Below, one piece after another: positions 17,983-26,877 of a DNA stretch of 64,000 nt. Made by a program: the position numbers and the translations under genes. The notes beneath the pieces are model-generated. The model saw only the letters and a list, made by a program, of their open reading frames with translations, did not search any database and was not told where the DNA came from. Position 1 is the first letter of the stretch. Every line of letters begins with the position of its first letter. The stretch lies in contig PMOE01000093.1 of NCBI GenBank assembly GCA_003161575.1, forward strand, positions 45,606 to 109,605, read 5' to 3'. This DNA comes from Acidimicrobiaceae bacterium (GTDB lineage Bacteria; Actinomycetota; Acidimicrobiia; Acidimicrobiales; RAAP-2).

Positions 17983-19224
17983 TCAGGCGGCGCTCAACGG
18001 ACGGCCGGGCGAAAAGGCCACCGGTAGGTGCTTGACCCCGTTGATGAACTGGGACTGCAGGCGCTGCATCGTGCCGTTCTGGTGGATGTCGGGCATCCGG
18101 TCGACAAGGTGCTCGAACATCACGCGGATCTCCATACGGGCCAGATTGGCCCCGAGGCAGAAGTGGGGGCCACCGCCGCCGAATGCGACGTGGGGGTTCG
18201 GATCGCGGCTTACGTCAAAGTGGTCGGAGTTCTCGAAGATGTCCTCGTCCCGATTGGCCGAGGCGTGGAAAAAGACGACCTTGTCGCCCTCTTTCATCGC
18301 CGTCCCCCGTAGCTCGAGATCTTGGGTGGCGGTTCTGCGGAAGTTCATCACCGGGGTGACGAAGCGGAGCATCTCCTCGACCGCCGTGGGTATGAGCGAG
18401 CGGTCCGCCACGAGGCGGTCCCACTGATCAGGATTGGCGAAGAAGGCGGCCATTGCCCCTGAGATGAGATTCCGGGTGGTCTCGTTACCCGCGACGGTGA
18501 GAAGCAAGAAGAAGAGTTCGAGTTCCATCTCGTTGAGCTGCTCCCCGTCGATCTCCACCCGGCTGAGGGCGCTCATTAGATCTGCGTGCGGATCGACCCT
18601 TTTTTTGGCGAAGAGTTCGCTGGCATAGCCGTAGAGCTCCATGGCCGCACCCAGCGCGTCCTCTTTGGCCACCCCGTACTCGGGGTCCTCTGAGCCCACC
18701 ATCTGGTTCGACCAGTCGAACATCCTGTGGCGATCTTCGTAGGGGACGCCGAGCAGTTCGGCGATCACTTGGAGGGGAAGCTCGGCCGAGATCTCGGTGA
18801 CGAAGTCGGTCTCTCCTTGTTCGCAGACCCGGTCCAAGATCTCATCGGCCGTCTGATGGATCTTCTCCTCCAAATCACGCACCATGCGGGGCGTGAAGCC
18901 CTTGTTGACAAGTCGCCGGTAACGGGTGTGGAGCGGGGGATCCATGTTCAGCATCATCAATCTCTGCTGGTCGATCTCGTCATCGCTCATCTCGAAAGGC
19001 ATGGTGCCTTTCAGTGCTGAGGAGAACCGTTCGTAGTCCCGGTTGACGGTGACGCAATCGTCGTACTTGGTGACGACCCAGAAACCGGGGCCAGCGGCCT
19101 CTTCTTGCCAGTGCACCGGGTCGGTGCGCCGCAGGTGGCCGAGATACTGGTAAGGCACCCCGGGGACGTAGGACCTCGAGTCGGAGAGGTCGACGGGCGG
19201 GATGTCGGTGATCGTGTCGGTCAT
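17983..19224 (-). CDS. cytochrome P450
   Basis: The 413-aa product has the I-helix [12 protein letters not shown], the ExxR motif EEMLR and the heme-binding loop [23 protein letters not shown] lies 9 nt upstream of the ATG. Confidence 0.92.
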   Translation of the reverse strand: MTDTITDIPPVDLSDSRSYVPGVPYQYLGHLRRTDPVHWQEEAAGPGFWVVTKYDDCVTVNRDYERFSSALKGTMPFEMSDDEIDQQRLMMLNMDPPLHTRYRRLVNKGFTPRMVRDLEEKIHQTADEILDRVCEQGETDFVTEISAELPLQVIAELLGVPYEDRHRMFDWSNQMVGSEDPEYGVAKEDALGAAMELYGYASELFAKKRVDPHADLMSALSRVEIDGEQLNEMELELFFLLLTVAGNETTRNLISGAMAAFFANPDQWDRLVADRSLIPTAVEEMLRFVTPVMNFRRTATQDLELRGTAMKEGDKVVFFHASANRDEDIFENSDHFDVSRDPNPHVAFGGGGPHFCLGANLARMEIRVMFEHLVDRMPDIHQNGTMQRLQSQFINGVKHLPVAFSPGRPLSAA

Positions 19225-19246
19225 TTCCGGACGCCTCCTCCACAGA

Positions 19247-19265
19247 ATCGGACAAGACGTCCGAT
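19247..19265 (-). promoter_or_regulatory. palindromic operator candidate ATCGGAC-N5-GTCCGAT upstream of the P450-TetR operon
   Basis: This is a perfect 7-bp inverted repeat with a 5-bp spacer. It lies between the predicted -10 element and the P450 Shine-Dalgarno, and a TetR gene is co-operonic. Confidence 0.45.
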
Positions 19266-19272
19266 AGATCAG

Positions 19273-19301
19273 ATGTTAAGTCAGGGGCCTCCTCAAGTCA
19301 A
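19273..19301 (-). promoter_or_regulatory. sigma-A-like promoter candidate TTGACT-17 nt-TAACAT for the P450-TetR operon
   Basis: On the minus strand the sequence reads TTGACTtgaggaggcccctgactTAACAT, with an exact 17-nt spacer. The -10 element fits TAnnnT. It lies about 50 nt upstream of the P450 ATG. Confidence 0.4.
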
Positions 19302-19384
19302 CGAGCTACCGCTGGGCCACTCGTCCTGGGTGCCGGAGCCGACCCGGGACGGGGGAAGGATCGGAGGCCGTCAGGCCCGCCGCC

Positions 19385-19531
19385 TCAATTCTGACGGGCC
19401 GACCGGCGGCCCATGTGCCAACCCCCGCAAAAGTCGCATTGGTAGGCGCTGAGGGCAACACCGGACTCCCGGGCTCGTTCCTCGGCCGCCGACAGGGCTT
19501 CGGCCCGAGAGCCGTATCGGACCTTGGCCAC
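19385..19531 (-). CDS. small hypothetical protein with C-terminal CxxCGGWH motif
   Basis: From GTG 19531 the product reads VAKVRYGSRAEALSAAEERARESGVALSAYQCDFCGGWHMGRRSARQN (48 aa). An in-frame ATG at 19597 would give 70 aa. It is below or overlapped in the track and lies upstream of the P450 promoter. Confidence 0.4.
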   Translation of the reverse strand: MAKVRYGSRAEALSAAEERARESGVALSAYQCDFCGGWHMGRRSARQN

Positions 19532-19670
19532 GCCGTCTTCGCGCCAGTGGGAGGCGGACACAGAGAGCGGGCGCTGGGCTGGGCGGTGCCGTGGCATGGG
19601 ACCAGTCTGACGCACCGGGCGAACGGTGCAGCCCCGCGAGCAGCGCGTGGTGCCCGGCCATACTGAAGGG

Positions 19671-20516
19671 ATGTCCCAAGCCGAGATCCCGTTGGCCGGC
19701 GGGGTGGCCAACAAGGGCGCGGTGGTGCGAATCGGCGATACCGTCCGTCGACCGACCGGCCCCTGGTCGGCCACCACCAGGGCGCTGCTCGTTCACCTCG
19801 AGGCGGTCGGGTTCACCGAGGCCCCGCGCTATCTCGGTACCGATGAGGCGGGTCGGGACGTTCTCTCCTACATCGCAGGCGATGTCCCGGTGCCTCCGTT
19901 TCCGAAGTGGTCGATGACCGATGGCGTCTTGGTGGAGGTGGCCCACCTGGTCGGGCGCTTCCACGAGGCGGCCGCGAGTTTCGAACCGAGCCCTGACATC
20001 GTCTGGTCCAGCGAGTTGGCTGATCCCGATGGTGGTTCGGTCGTGTGTCACAACGACATCTGCCCGGAAAACGTGGTTTTTTCCGAAGGAAGAGCGATCG
20101 GCCTCTTGGACTTCGACTTCGTCTCGCTGGGCCGAGCGATGTGGGATGCGGTGCGCACCATCAGTATGTGGGCGCCGATGAGTGCGCCTGAGAGCCGACA
20201 GGGCTTTCCCGACTCTCTCGATGTCATCGATCGATTCGGTCGGTTTGTCCGGGCGTTCGGGATCGAAGCTTCCGACGCAGAGTCGGCGGTGTCGACTCTC
20301 TTTCAGAGTTGGGCGGTCGGGCAGCGCTTCGTGCGTCGGCATGTCGACGCCGAGGAGGCGCCTTTCATCGAGATGTTCGAGCGCGGCGGGGGTGCGGTGC
20401 GATGGCGTAGGAACGCCGCATGGTCCGAGCAGCACCGCGCCGCCATGGTGCGGGCCGTCGAGAACGGATCTGGTGGGACCAATCGAGTCGCTGAGGCGGC
20501 GCCTCCAAGCCGGTGA
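19671..20516 (+). CDS. aminoglycoside/choline-kinase-type phosphotransferase family protein
   Basis: ATG 19671 follows GAAGGG. It has the catalytic loop VVCHNDICPENVVF (HxDxxxxN) and the metal-binding LLDFDF. Confidence 0.82.
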   Translation: MSQAEIPLAGGVANKGAVVRIGDTVRRPTGPWSATTRALLVHLEAVGFTEAPRYLGTDEAGRDVLSYIAGDVPVPPFPKWSMTDGVLVEVAHLVGRFHEAAASFEPSPDIVWSSELADPDGGSVVCHNDICPENVVFSEGRAIGLLDFDFVSLGRAMWDAVRTISMWAPMSAPESRQGFPDSLDVIDRFGRFVRAFGIEASDAESAVSTLFQSWAVGQRFVRRHVDAEEAPFIEMFERGGGAVRWRRNAAWSEQHRAAMVRAVENGSGGTNRVAEAAPPSR

Positions 20517-20837
20517 CGCCGTCACGGGACTTCGATGGATCGGAACCTCGATCAATCCGTCACCCCGGAGCGCTGAGTGCGGTGGAGGCGAATGCCGGGT
20601 ACTTCGACGACCCCGAGCGTCGACGACGAGTGCTCCGCGGCGGCCGCCGGGTGGTCGGCGACTACGCCACTGCGGTCGGCCTCGAGCCTGCGGCCGAGCG
20701 TCGCTTGTCTCTCGCTCTCGCCCACGCGGCGCGTGCCGAGCGAATCGACCGCCCGGTGCACACCTGGGCCCGGCAGCCGAGGTGGTCGGTTGAGCGCGGC
20801 GGCCGTCCGGGGGGGCGCAGACTCGGGGCGCAAGAGT

Positions 20838-22973
20838 TCAAGGTCGTGAGATTTCACTGTGGTCGGTCGCCCGTCCATCGGCGGCCAGGATCTCACCGAG
20901 AGATGCTGCCGGGTCCTTCCTGAGGCCATTGAGCAGGCCGATCACGTCGGTGGCGTACCCAGCCGAGTCGTAGTGCCGGGCGACCAACTGGCGCCCGGCC
21001 TCGGCCACCGCGGCCAGGTCCTCGGGGCCGAGGTCAAGGACCCGACGCAGGGCCCGGATCGTCTCGGCCAGGTCGAGGGGCTCGTAGAGGAAACCGGTCA
21101 CCCCGTCGTCGATGAGTTCAGGCAGGCCGAACACCGAGGTGGCCAGCACCGGCAGCCCAAAGCACATGGCCTCGAGTACCGAGCGGGGGAGCGATTCCAC
21201 GTCCGAGGCACTCACCAGCAGGTCGGCCGCCCGGTACCAACGGTAGGTGTCCTCCACGACGGGCACCAGGCGAGCCTGCCGTTCGACCCCGGCCTTGCGG
21301 AGGAGGCGAGCGAGCGCCTCGGCGTAGGGCGTGCCGGTGTTCCCCACGAAGACCAGCAGGGTGTCGGGGTACTCCCGGGCCATGCGGGCGAAGGCCTCCG
21401 CCACCACGGTCTGCCCCTTGCGGCGTTCGGTCGTCCCCATGATGAGCAGGACACGGGCATCGGGCGGGAGGCCGACGGAACGTCTGGCCTGGGCGCGCGA
21501 GGTCGCCGCCCGGTACTGATCGATCGCCGAAGAGTCGATGCCGTATGGCACCACCACGGCGCGCTCGGGTACGGCAGAGCCCAAGTACTGCCGGCGGGTC
21601 TCTTCGGCTTCGAAGATGAGTGCGCCGGTGGCGCTGAGGGCTTGTAGGGCGGCCCGGCGAACATCGGGATGCACGTAGTCCGGCGGGTATGCCACCGACC
21701 AGTAGACCGACGGGGCCCAGCTTTCGTGGATCGCCCACACCGTCGCCAGTCCGAGCCGGGTGGCCGCGTCGGCGCCGAAGAACGCGCCGAAGGTGTTGAC
21801 CAACGCGGCGGTGTGCGACCGACTGGCCAGCCATAGCGCGGTTTCCATGATGCGGCCCTCGTAGGACTCGATGTCGCGAAGGGGGTAGTCCTGGGTGACG
21901 TGCACCTCGATGCCTTGCCGCTCGAACTCGTCGAGCAGCGGCCCCCCCACTGGGGACACCACGGTGCACTCGAAGCGCCGCCCGGCCCCCGCTTGACGGA
22001 GAAGCTCGGCCAGCCAGAGCTGGCCGCCGCCGTAGCCCAAGTCATGGGTGAAAACGACCAGGTTCAGATCCGGGCCCGGTTGGTGCGTGGACCGGATCTC
22101 CTCGAATCGGTGACCCAGTACCGCCATCCGGGCCGAGCGGTCGGTGCCGACCAGCGGGGGCGAGAGCCGGTAACGCCGCTTGGTGATCACATTGGACTCC
22201 TCACCGAGCGACCAGGCGATTACCTCGATCACGACGGTGGTGGCCGCCGCAGGCAGGGACGAGAGGTCGACGAGGCATTCGAACCCGCTCACTTCGGCGT
22301 GGGCCGTTCGGTGGTGACGGGCCACGTCGGACCGATCGAGCCCCAGGCGGGCCCGCCCGGCGCTCTCACCGTTGACACTCACCTCTACGCGCGAGACGGG
22401 GAGCCGGTCGGTCAGGGCCCACCCCACGAGGTTCACCGGGCCCCGCTCGAGCGGCACCGCGGGTCGGGGCAGGTCAAGGGCCCCGTGGAACCGGTTCGGT
22501 CCGGTGGTCCCGGCGGACTCGCTTGCCCCGGCATTGCCCAGTCGCACGGTCACCGGCTCGAGTTCGATGGGTGCCACCTCGGGAGCCGGCCATACCGACA
22601 CGGTGAGCACGAACTCGTCGCCCGGCTCGTGGGCCAGGTCAATGATGCCCCGCCAGCCGCTCTCGGCGTAGCGGGCGACGCCAAGGGCCCGGGCCACGTC
22701 CGGGCGGGACTCGGTGCCGGTGGCTGCTTGTCCCACCACCTTCCCGTTCACCTCGATGGCCACGGCGAGCGCCGCGCCGTCCCCCCACAGATGCCATCCG
22801 CGGACAACGACGGCGTTACGGCTGAGGAGGCTGTCGGGCCGCGGATCGTCGACGTGACCCCGGAGGGGCGAGCCGGGGGCATTGGCGATGACCGGAACCG
22901 GATCCGGCCCGTGCGGACCGGTCGGGGCGGTCACGCGGGCAACAGCGCGGCGGACCCAGTGTCTGAGGGTCAC
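20838..22973 (-). CDS. GT-B glycosyltransferase (GT4-like) with duplicated N-terminal domain of about 90 aa
   Basis: GTG 22973 overlaps the epimerase stop (GTGA). The C-terminal half reads VVFTHDLGYGGGQLW...VSASDVESLPRSVLEAMCFGLPVLATSVFGLPELIDDGVTGFL. The N-terminus has two copies of VxGWxL...VxVxVNG...RPDVA. Confidence 0.82.
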   Translation of the reverse strand: MTLRHWVRRAVARVTAPTGPHGPDPVPVIANAPGSPLRGHVDDPRPDSLLSRNAVVVRGWHLWGDGAALAVAIEVNGKVVGQAATGTESRPDVARALGVARYAESGWRGIIDLAHEPGDEFVLTVSVWPAPEVAPIELEPVTVRLGNAGASESAGTTGPNRFHGALDLPRPAVPLERGPVNLVGWALTDRLPVSRVEVSVNGESAGRARLGLDRSDVARHHRTAHAEVSGFECLVDLSSLPAAATTVVIEVIAWSLGEESNVITKRRYRLSPPLVGTDRSARMAVLGHRFEEIRSTHQPGPDLNLVVFTHDLGYGGGQLWLAELLRQAGAGRRFECTVVSPVGGPLLDEFERQGIEVHVTQDYPLRDIESYEGRIMETALWLASRSHTAALVNTFGAFFGADAATRLGLATVWAIHESWAPSVYWSVAYPPDYVHPDVRRAALQALSATGALIFEAEETRRQYLGSAVPERAVVVPYGIDSSAIDQYRAATSRAQARRSVGLPPDARVLLIMGTTERRKGQTVVAEAFARMAREYPDTLLVFVGNTGTPYAEALARLLRKAGVERQARLVPVVEDTYRWYRAADLLVSASDVESLPRSVLEAMCFGLPVLATSVFGLPELIDDGVTGFLYEPLDLAETIRALRRVLDLGPEDLAAVAEAGRQLVARHYDSAGYATDVIGLLNGLRKDPAASLGEILAADGRATDHSEISRP

Positions 22974-23938
22974 GCCCGCTGGCCAGTGATCGGGACCTCC
23001 GAAGTACACCAGGCGGCCCACATAGCGGCCACTCCTTCGGCCAGGGGCATCGGGTGCCACTCGATCAGCTGGCGCAACCGGCTCGTGTCGACGTAGACCG
23101 CACTTACGTCGGTCTGGCGCGACGCGGCCCATTCGACAGGGAGCCTGCGTCCCGTCGTCGCCTCGACGATCTCGAGCACCTGGCTGATCGAATGTCCCGT
23201 CCCGCTCCCCACGTTGACTACCCGGACGCCGTCCGCGTGACCCGAGAGGCGCACGACTGCGCTGGCGACGTCGGACGCCTCTACGTAGTCGCGCACGTTC
23301 GACCCGTCGCCGTATACCCGGACAGACTCACCGGTAAGGGCCGCGTTTAGGAAGGTGGCCACGACGCCCTGGCCGGTATCTGGGCTTTGCTGCGGACCGT
23401 AGGCGTTGGCGACCCGGAGGATCCGCGCTGGGGTCCCGTGGAGCCCGGCATAGACCTCGATGAAGTGTTCAGCCGTGAGCTTGGTCACTCCGTAGGCCGA
23501 GACGGGGTGGCACGCGCTGTCCTCTGATGCCGGGAGCGGGCAGTCGTTCCCGTAGACCGCCCCGCCCGAAGACAGATAGGTGAGGCTCACGCCCGGACGC
23601 ACCCGGAGCGCATCGAGCACACCGAGCAGCGTCGGCACGACGCTCACGTGTTGGGCCAGCGGTTCGACGGCGGTTGCCCCAGGGGGAGGGGAACCCAGGG
23701 CGTGCACGACGTGACCGGCATCCTCCAAGGCTTCGCTCAACACGGCGGGGTCCTCGGCTGTCCCGAGAATTTGTTTCGCCGAACGGAGCCAGACGGCCCG
23801 CTCACCGGTCGGTCGGTGGCGGGCCAGAACGGTGACGGGGTTCCCGTCGGCGATGTAGGCACGGGCAATCTCAGCTCCGAGCAACCCGGTCCCACCGAGG
23901 ACGAGGACCCGGCGTTGTCGTTCCGATGCGATCATCAA
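22970..23938 (-). CDS. NAD-dependent epimerase/dehydratase
   Basis: It has RVLVLGGTGLLGAEI (GxxGxxG) and the catalytic YGVTKLTAE (YxxxK). TTG 23938 is immediately followed by ATG 23935, and GAAGGG lies upstream. Confidence 0.88.
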   Translation of the reverse strand: MMIASERQRRVLVLGGTGLLGAEIARAYIADGNPVTVLARHRPTGERAVWLRSAKQILGTAEDPAVLSEALEDAGHVVHALGSPPPGATAVEPLAQHVSVVPTLLGVLDALRVRPGVSLTYLSSGGAVYGNDCPLPASEDSACHPVSAYGVTKLTAEHFIEVYAGLHGTPARILRVANAYGPQQSPDTGQGVVATFLNAALTGESVRVYGDGSNVRDYVEASDVASAVVRLSGHADGVRVVNVGSGTGHSISQVLEIVEATTGRRLPVEWAASRQTDVSAVYVDTSRLRQLIEWHPMPLAEGVAAMWAAWCTSEVPITGQRA

Positions 23939-24395
23939 AAAGAGCCCTTCGGTGGCGTCAGGCCCTGGTCGGTCCGCCCGGCGGTCAGCGCGCCACCTGA
24001 TCGGTGCAGGCTTCGGCGCTGCAGCGTGCAGAGGTTACTGCACGTCTGCTCAGAAGCGGGCCGGCAGTGTTCAGCGCCGTCAGAACAGCGATAAAAGGGT
24101 TCTGGCCCGAGTTCGTCCCGATGAATATCGAAATGGGTTCGGCCCTAGACACTCCGGACACTGACAGGACGCATACGGCGGCGGCCAATTTCTTGAGCTC
24201 TCGACCCGGTCCGAAGTGCCGATCCGAGGGCGCCCGGCGGACGGAGAGTACGAAGCCCAGCTCCGCGCAGCGCCGCCGTGAGCCGGCGGCGTCTCGTCCG
24301 CGTCAAGCGTCGTGAAGGCGAACGGGGTGGTTGTGGACTGCGGCGTGGTACCCACGGTGTTTACGTTTGCGGTGGGCTCGAACTCGGGATCACCA

Positions 24396-24423
24396 CGAGG
24401 TCGGAGCGGTCCGCCCGACCTCG
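24396..24423 (-). terminator. GC-rich hairpin, possible factor-independent terminator of the 24510-24965 gene
   Basis: CGAGGTCGG-N10-CCGACCTCG is a 9-bp perfect stem about 87 nt downstream of the stop. No U-tract follows it. Confidence 0.25.
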
Positions 24424-24509
24424 GCGGTATGCTTCGACGCCTTTGCAGACGTCGAGCGTGAGGTTGGTTTTCTTCAGTCTGCCCTACCGGCGCTGCACCT
24501 CTTCGATGC

Positions 24510-24965
24510 CTAGCTCTTCGAGCCGGCCGGGGACTTCCGCACAGCCTTTTGCGCTGGAGCGGTGGTCTTTCGCGCCGGAGCGGCGGTCTTTCGCGCCGGA
24601 GCGGCGGTCTTTCGCGCCGGAGCGGCGACGTCGGAACCCTTGAGGGACTCGGCGAGGTCCTTCGTCTTCGATGCCACCGTCAAGGCGGCCCCAGCAACGG
24701 CCTCTTTCGCGTGTTCGGCTGAGTCGGCCTCGGCCACGTGGTGGGCTGCCTGGCGCACCAAGTCGGGCAGGTTGGCTTCGTGGAGGCGTTCGGCGCCCCG
24801 ACCTGCTGCCGCTACCAATAGGTCGGCCGCCCGGGGTGCTTGCTCTTTGACCTCGCGTCCCAACTGGCCCGCTTTGCGCGAGCCTCCCGAGATCAGGTCA
24901 AGCACCAGCCCGGCCACTATTCCGGTGAGGGCCCCGATGACCAGTCCTTTCCACGCGTTGCGCAT
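24510..24965 (-). CDS. membrane-anchored stress-type protein with AAPARKT heptad repeats
   Basis: The 151-aa product has the N-terminal TM segment GLVIGALTGIVAGLVLDLI, an Ala/Glu/Lys-rich helical region and C-terminal AAPARKT x3. Its start lies 2 nt after the CsbD stop. Confidence 0.65.
   Translation of the reverse strand: MRNAWKGLVIGALTGIVAGLVLDLISGGSRKAGQLGREVKEQAPRAADLLVAAAGRGAERLHEANLPDLVRQAAHHVAEADSAEHAKEAVAGAALTVASKTKDLAESLKGSDVAAPARKTAAPARKTAAPARKTTAPAQKAVRKSPAGSKS
24556..24630. repeat. 21-bp tandem repeat, about 3.5 copies (GGAGCGGYGGTCTTTCGCGCC)
   Basis: Units at 24556-24576, 24577-24597 and 24598-24618 plus a partial unit. The repeat is in frame and encodes AAPARKT on the minus strand. 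Confidence 0.85.
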
Positions 24966-24967
24966 GG

Positions 24968-25171
24968 TCAGCCCTGGTTCCTCGTCGCCACGTTCTTCAG
25001 CCGATCTGCTGCGTCCTTTACCGATTCGCCCACGTCTTTCAGGGACGACTTCGCTTGGTCGGACTTTCCCTTGGCCTCGAGATCGTCATTGCCGGTGGCA
25101 CGTCCAACGGCCTCTTTGGCCTTCCCCTTTATGTCCTGGGTCTTGTTCGATGCCTTGTCAACGGTGGCCAT
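24968..25171 (-). CDS. CsbD family general-stress protein
   Basis: The 67-aa product MATVDKASNKTQDIKGKAKEAVGRATGNDDLEAKGKSDQAKSSLKDVGESVKDA matches the CsbD pattern. GGAGGAG lies upstream. Confidence 0.85.
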   Translation of the reverse strand: MATVDKASNKTQDIKGKAKEAVGRATGNDDLEAKGKSDQAKSSLKDVGESVKDAADRLKNVATRNQG

Positions 25172-25438
25172 TGTGCTCCTCCAACGATCATGTGGTTTGC
25201 GGTTCCGCGGTGGTACCGGTCAACGTGACTCTTCCCACAACGACGGGCTCCTAACCTCGCGAATCGAAGCGGGTGAGGTGGATGGGGGACATGGAGGACA
25301 CCGCCCGCCCGGGCCTACGGCCGACCGGCGGGGGGTAAGGGGCACGACCGGTGGGCCGAGGGCTCTGGAAGGTTGAGGACGCTTTCCGCCGCGTCCCCTC
25401 TTCGAGCGATGAGCGCTTCGTGACTAAAGGGGCGCCGG

Positions 25439-25801
25439 CTAGAGGAGATCGAGGGCCTTTTCGACCACTTCGGGCCGACCGAGTTGAGCGTGGCGGGCCG
25501 CTCGGTCGATCAACCCGTCGAGGTACACCGCCAGGCCGAGCACCCCGGTGCGCAGATCACCGGCGAGAAGCGGGACCGGCTCGCTCTCGATATCAAGGCC
25601 TGATGCGGCGAGGAGGGCGTGGCGGAGGCCGAGCAGCTCATTTCGCACCCCGCGCAGGTCCGTGCCGGTTCGGTGCATCCACAGGCTGAGGCCGAGCTCG
25701 ATGGTCAGGTTTCCCCTGGTCAGGTCCTCAGGGGCGAGTACGGCGATGCCCCGAGCGGCGACCGGGGTGAAGTCGAGATCGCTCACCGCGTGAGTAGCCA
25801 C
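25439..25801 (-). CDS. hypothetical protein
   Basis: The ORF has good third-position GC. GTG 25801 was chosen because the longer track ORF (25876) would overlap the divergent ku start. I recognise no family. Confidence 0.4.
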   Translation of the reverse strand: MATHAVSDLDFTPVAARGIAVLAPEDLTRGNLTIELGLSLWMHRTGTDLRGVRNELLGLRHALLAASGLDIESEPVPLLAGDLRTGVLGLAVYLDGLIDRAARHAQLGRPEVVEKALDLL

Positions 25802-25869
25802 AAACCCAGTGTGGCTAAAAGGTGTGACACCTATGGTGGATGACCCCTGAGCTGGGTAAAGATAGGGGC

Positions 25870-26838
25870 ATGCCACGGACCATTTGGACGGGATCCCTTA
25901 GCTTCGGCCTGGTGAACGTCCCTGTCGGGGTTTACCCGGCCACCAAGGACAAGTCGATCCACTTCAACCAGTTCGAATCTGGGACGTCGGACCGGATCCG
26001 ATACCGAAAGGTCAACGAGCGGACCGGGGAGGAAGTAGAGGCGGCCAGCATCGTCAAGGGCTTTGACCTTGGGGGTGGGGAATACGTGGTCCTTACCGAC
26101 GAGGAACTCGAGTCGGCCGCACCCGAGAAGTCGAGAAACATCGAGATCACCGATTTTGTGGACCTCGACCAGATCGACCCGGTGTTCTACCGCACCACCT
26201 ACTACTTGGCCCCCCAGGGCGAGGGAGCGGCCAAGGCGTACGCCTTGCTTCGCAAGGCCATGCGCGAATCGAACAAAGTCGGCATCGCCACCTGGGTGCA
26301 CCGCAACAAGGAATACCTGGTGGCCATCCGTCCCGACGATGAAGTGGTGGCACTCGAGACCATGTTCTTCGCCGACGAGGTCCGCAGCGCGGCCGAAGAG
26401 ATGCCGGCGCTGCCGAGCGGCACGCCGTTGACGGCGCGTGAGATGGACACGGCGAAGCTGCTCATCGACGCGATGACCACCGTGTGGGATCCCGAGCAAT
26501 ATCACGACACTCACCGACAGCAGGTCGAAGCAGTCATCGACCAGAAGCGCCAGGGCAAAGAAATCGTCACTGAGACCCCGACGCCGCGTTCGGCCAAGGT
26601 GGTCGACCTGATGGAGGCGCTCCAGGCCAGTGTGCAGGCCCGAGGTGATACCCGGCCCGTAAAACGGCCCTCGGCAAAGGCCAACCCGGTGGAGAACGCA
26701 TCTGGCGGCGCACGCCCGAAAAAGGTTCCGGCGAAGAAGGCGACAGCGAAACCGACGACGGCAAAGAAACCCGAGGAGAAGCGGGCGTCCAGGACCAAGA
26801 AGTCGGCCGCGGTCACCCGCCAGCGAAAGGCGTCCTGA
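25870..26838 (+). CDS. ku: Ku protein (bacterial NHEJ)
   Basis: ATG 25870 gives MPRTIWTGSLSFGLVNVPVGVYPAT...YYLAPQGEGAAKAYALL. The C-terminal tail is long and Lys/Ala/Pro-rich. Confidence 0.92.
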   Translation: MPRTIWTGSLSFGLVNVPVGVYPATKDKSIHFNQFESGTSDRIRYRKVNERTGEEVEAASIVKGFDLGGGEYVVLTDEELESAAPEKSRNIEITDFVDLDQIDPVFYRTTYYLAPQGEGAAKAYALLRKAMRESNKVGIATWVHRNKEYLVAIRPDDEVVALETMFFADEVRSAAEEMPALPSGTPLTAREMDTAKLLIDAMTTVWDPEQYHDTHRQQVEAVIDQKRQGKEIVTETPTPRSAKVVDLMEALQASVQARGDTRPVKRPSAKANPVENASGGARPKKVPAKKATAKPTTAKKPEEKRASRTKKSAAVTRQRKAS

Positions 26839-26877
26839 AAGCCCCGCTCGCGGGCAGGCCAGTTGGTCAGAACTCGA

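Noticed and set aside
19371-20555. 394-aa minus-strand ORF opposite the phosphotransferase gene
   Set aside because: The plus-strand frame carries the HxDxxxxN and DFD kinase motifs. The minus-frame product is Arg/Pro/His-rich and featureless. Only its extreme 3' portion in another frame (19385-19531) looks like a real small gene.
20513-20923. 136-aa plus ORF whose GTG overlaps the phosphotransferase stop (GTGA)
   Set aside because: The middle part has decent codon bias. However, an alternative overlapping frame scores similarly, the product is Arg-rich, and its 3' end would run 86 nt into the convergent glycosyltransferase gene. The evidence is insufficient.
24370-24400. GGTGGGCTCGAACTCGGGATCACCAC looked like a tRNA T-arm on the minus strand
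   Set aside because: No acceptor, D or anticodon stems can be built around it, and it lacks the GTTCGAATC-type loop.
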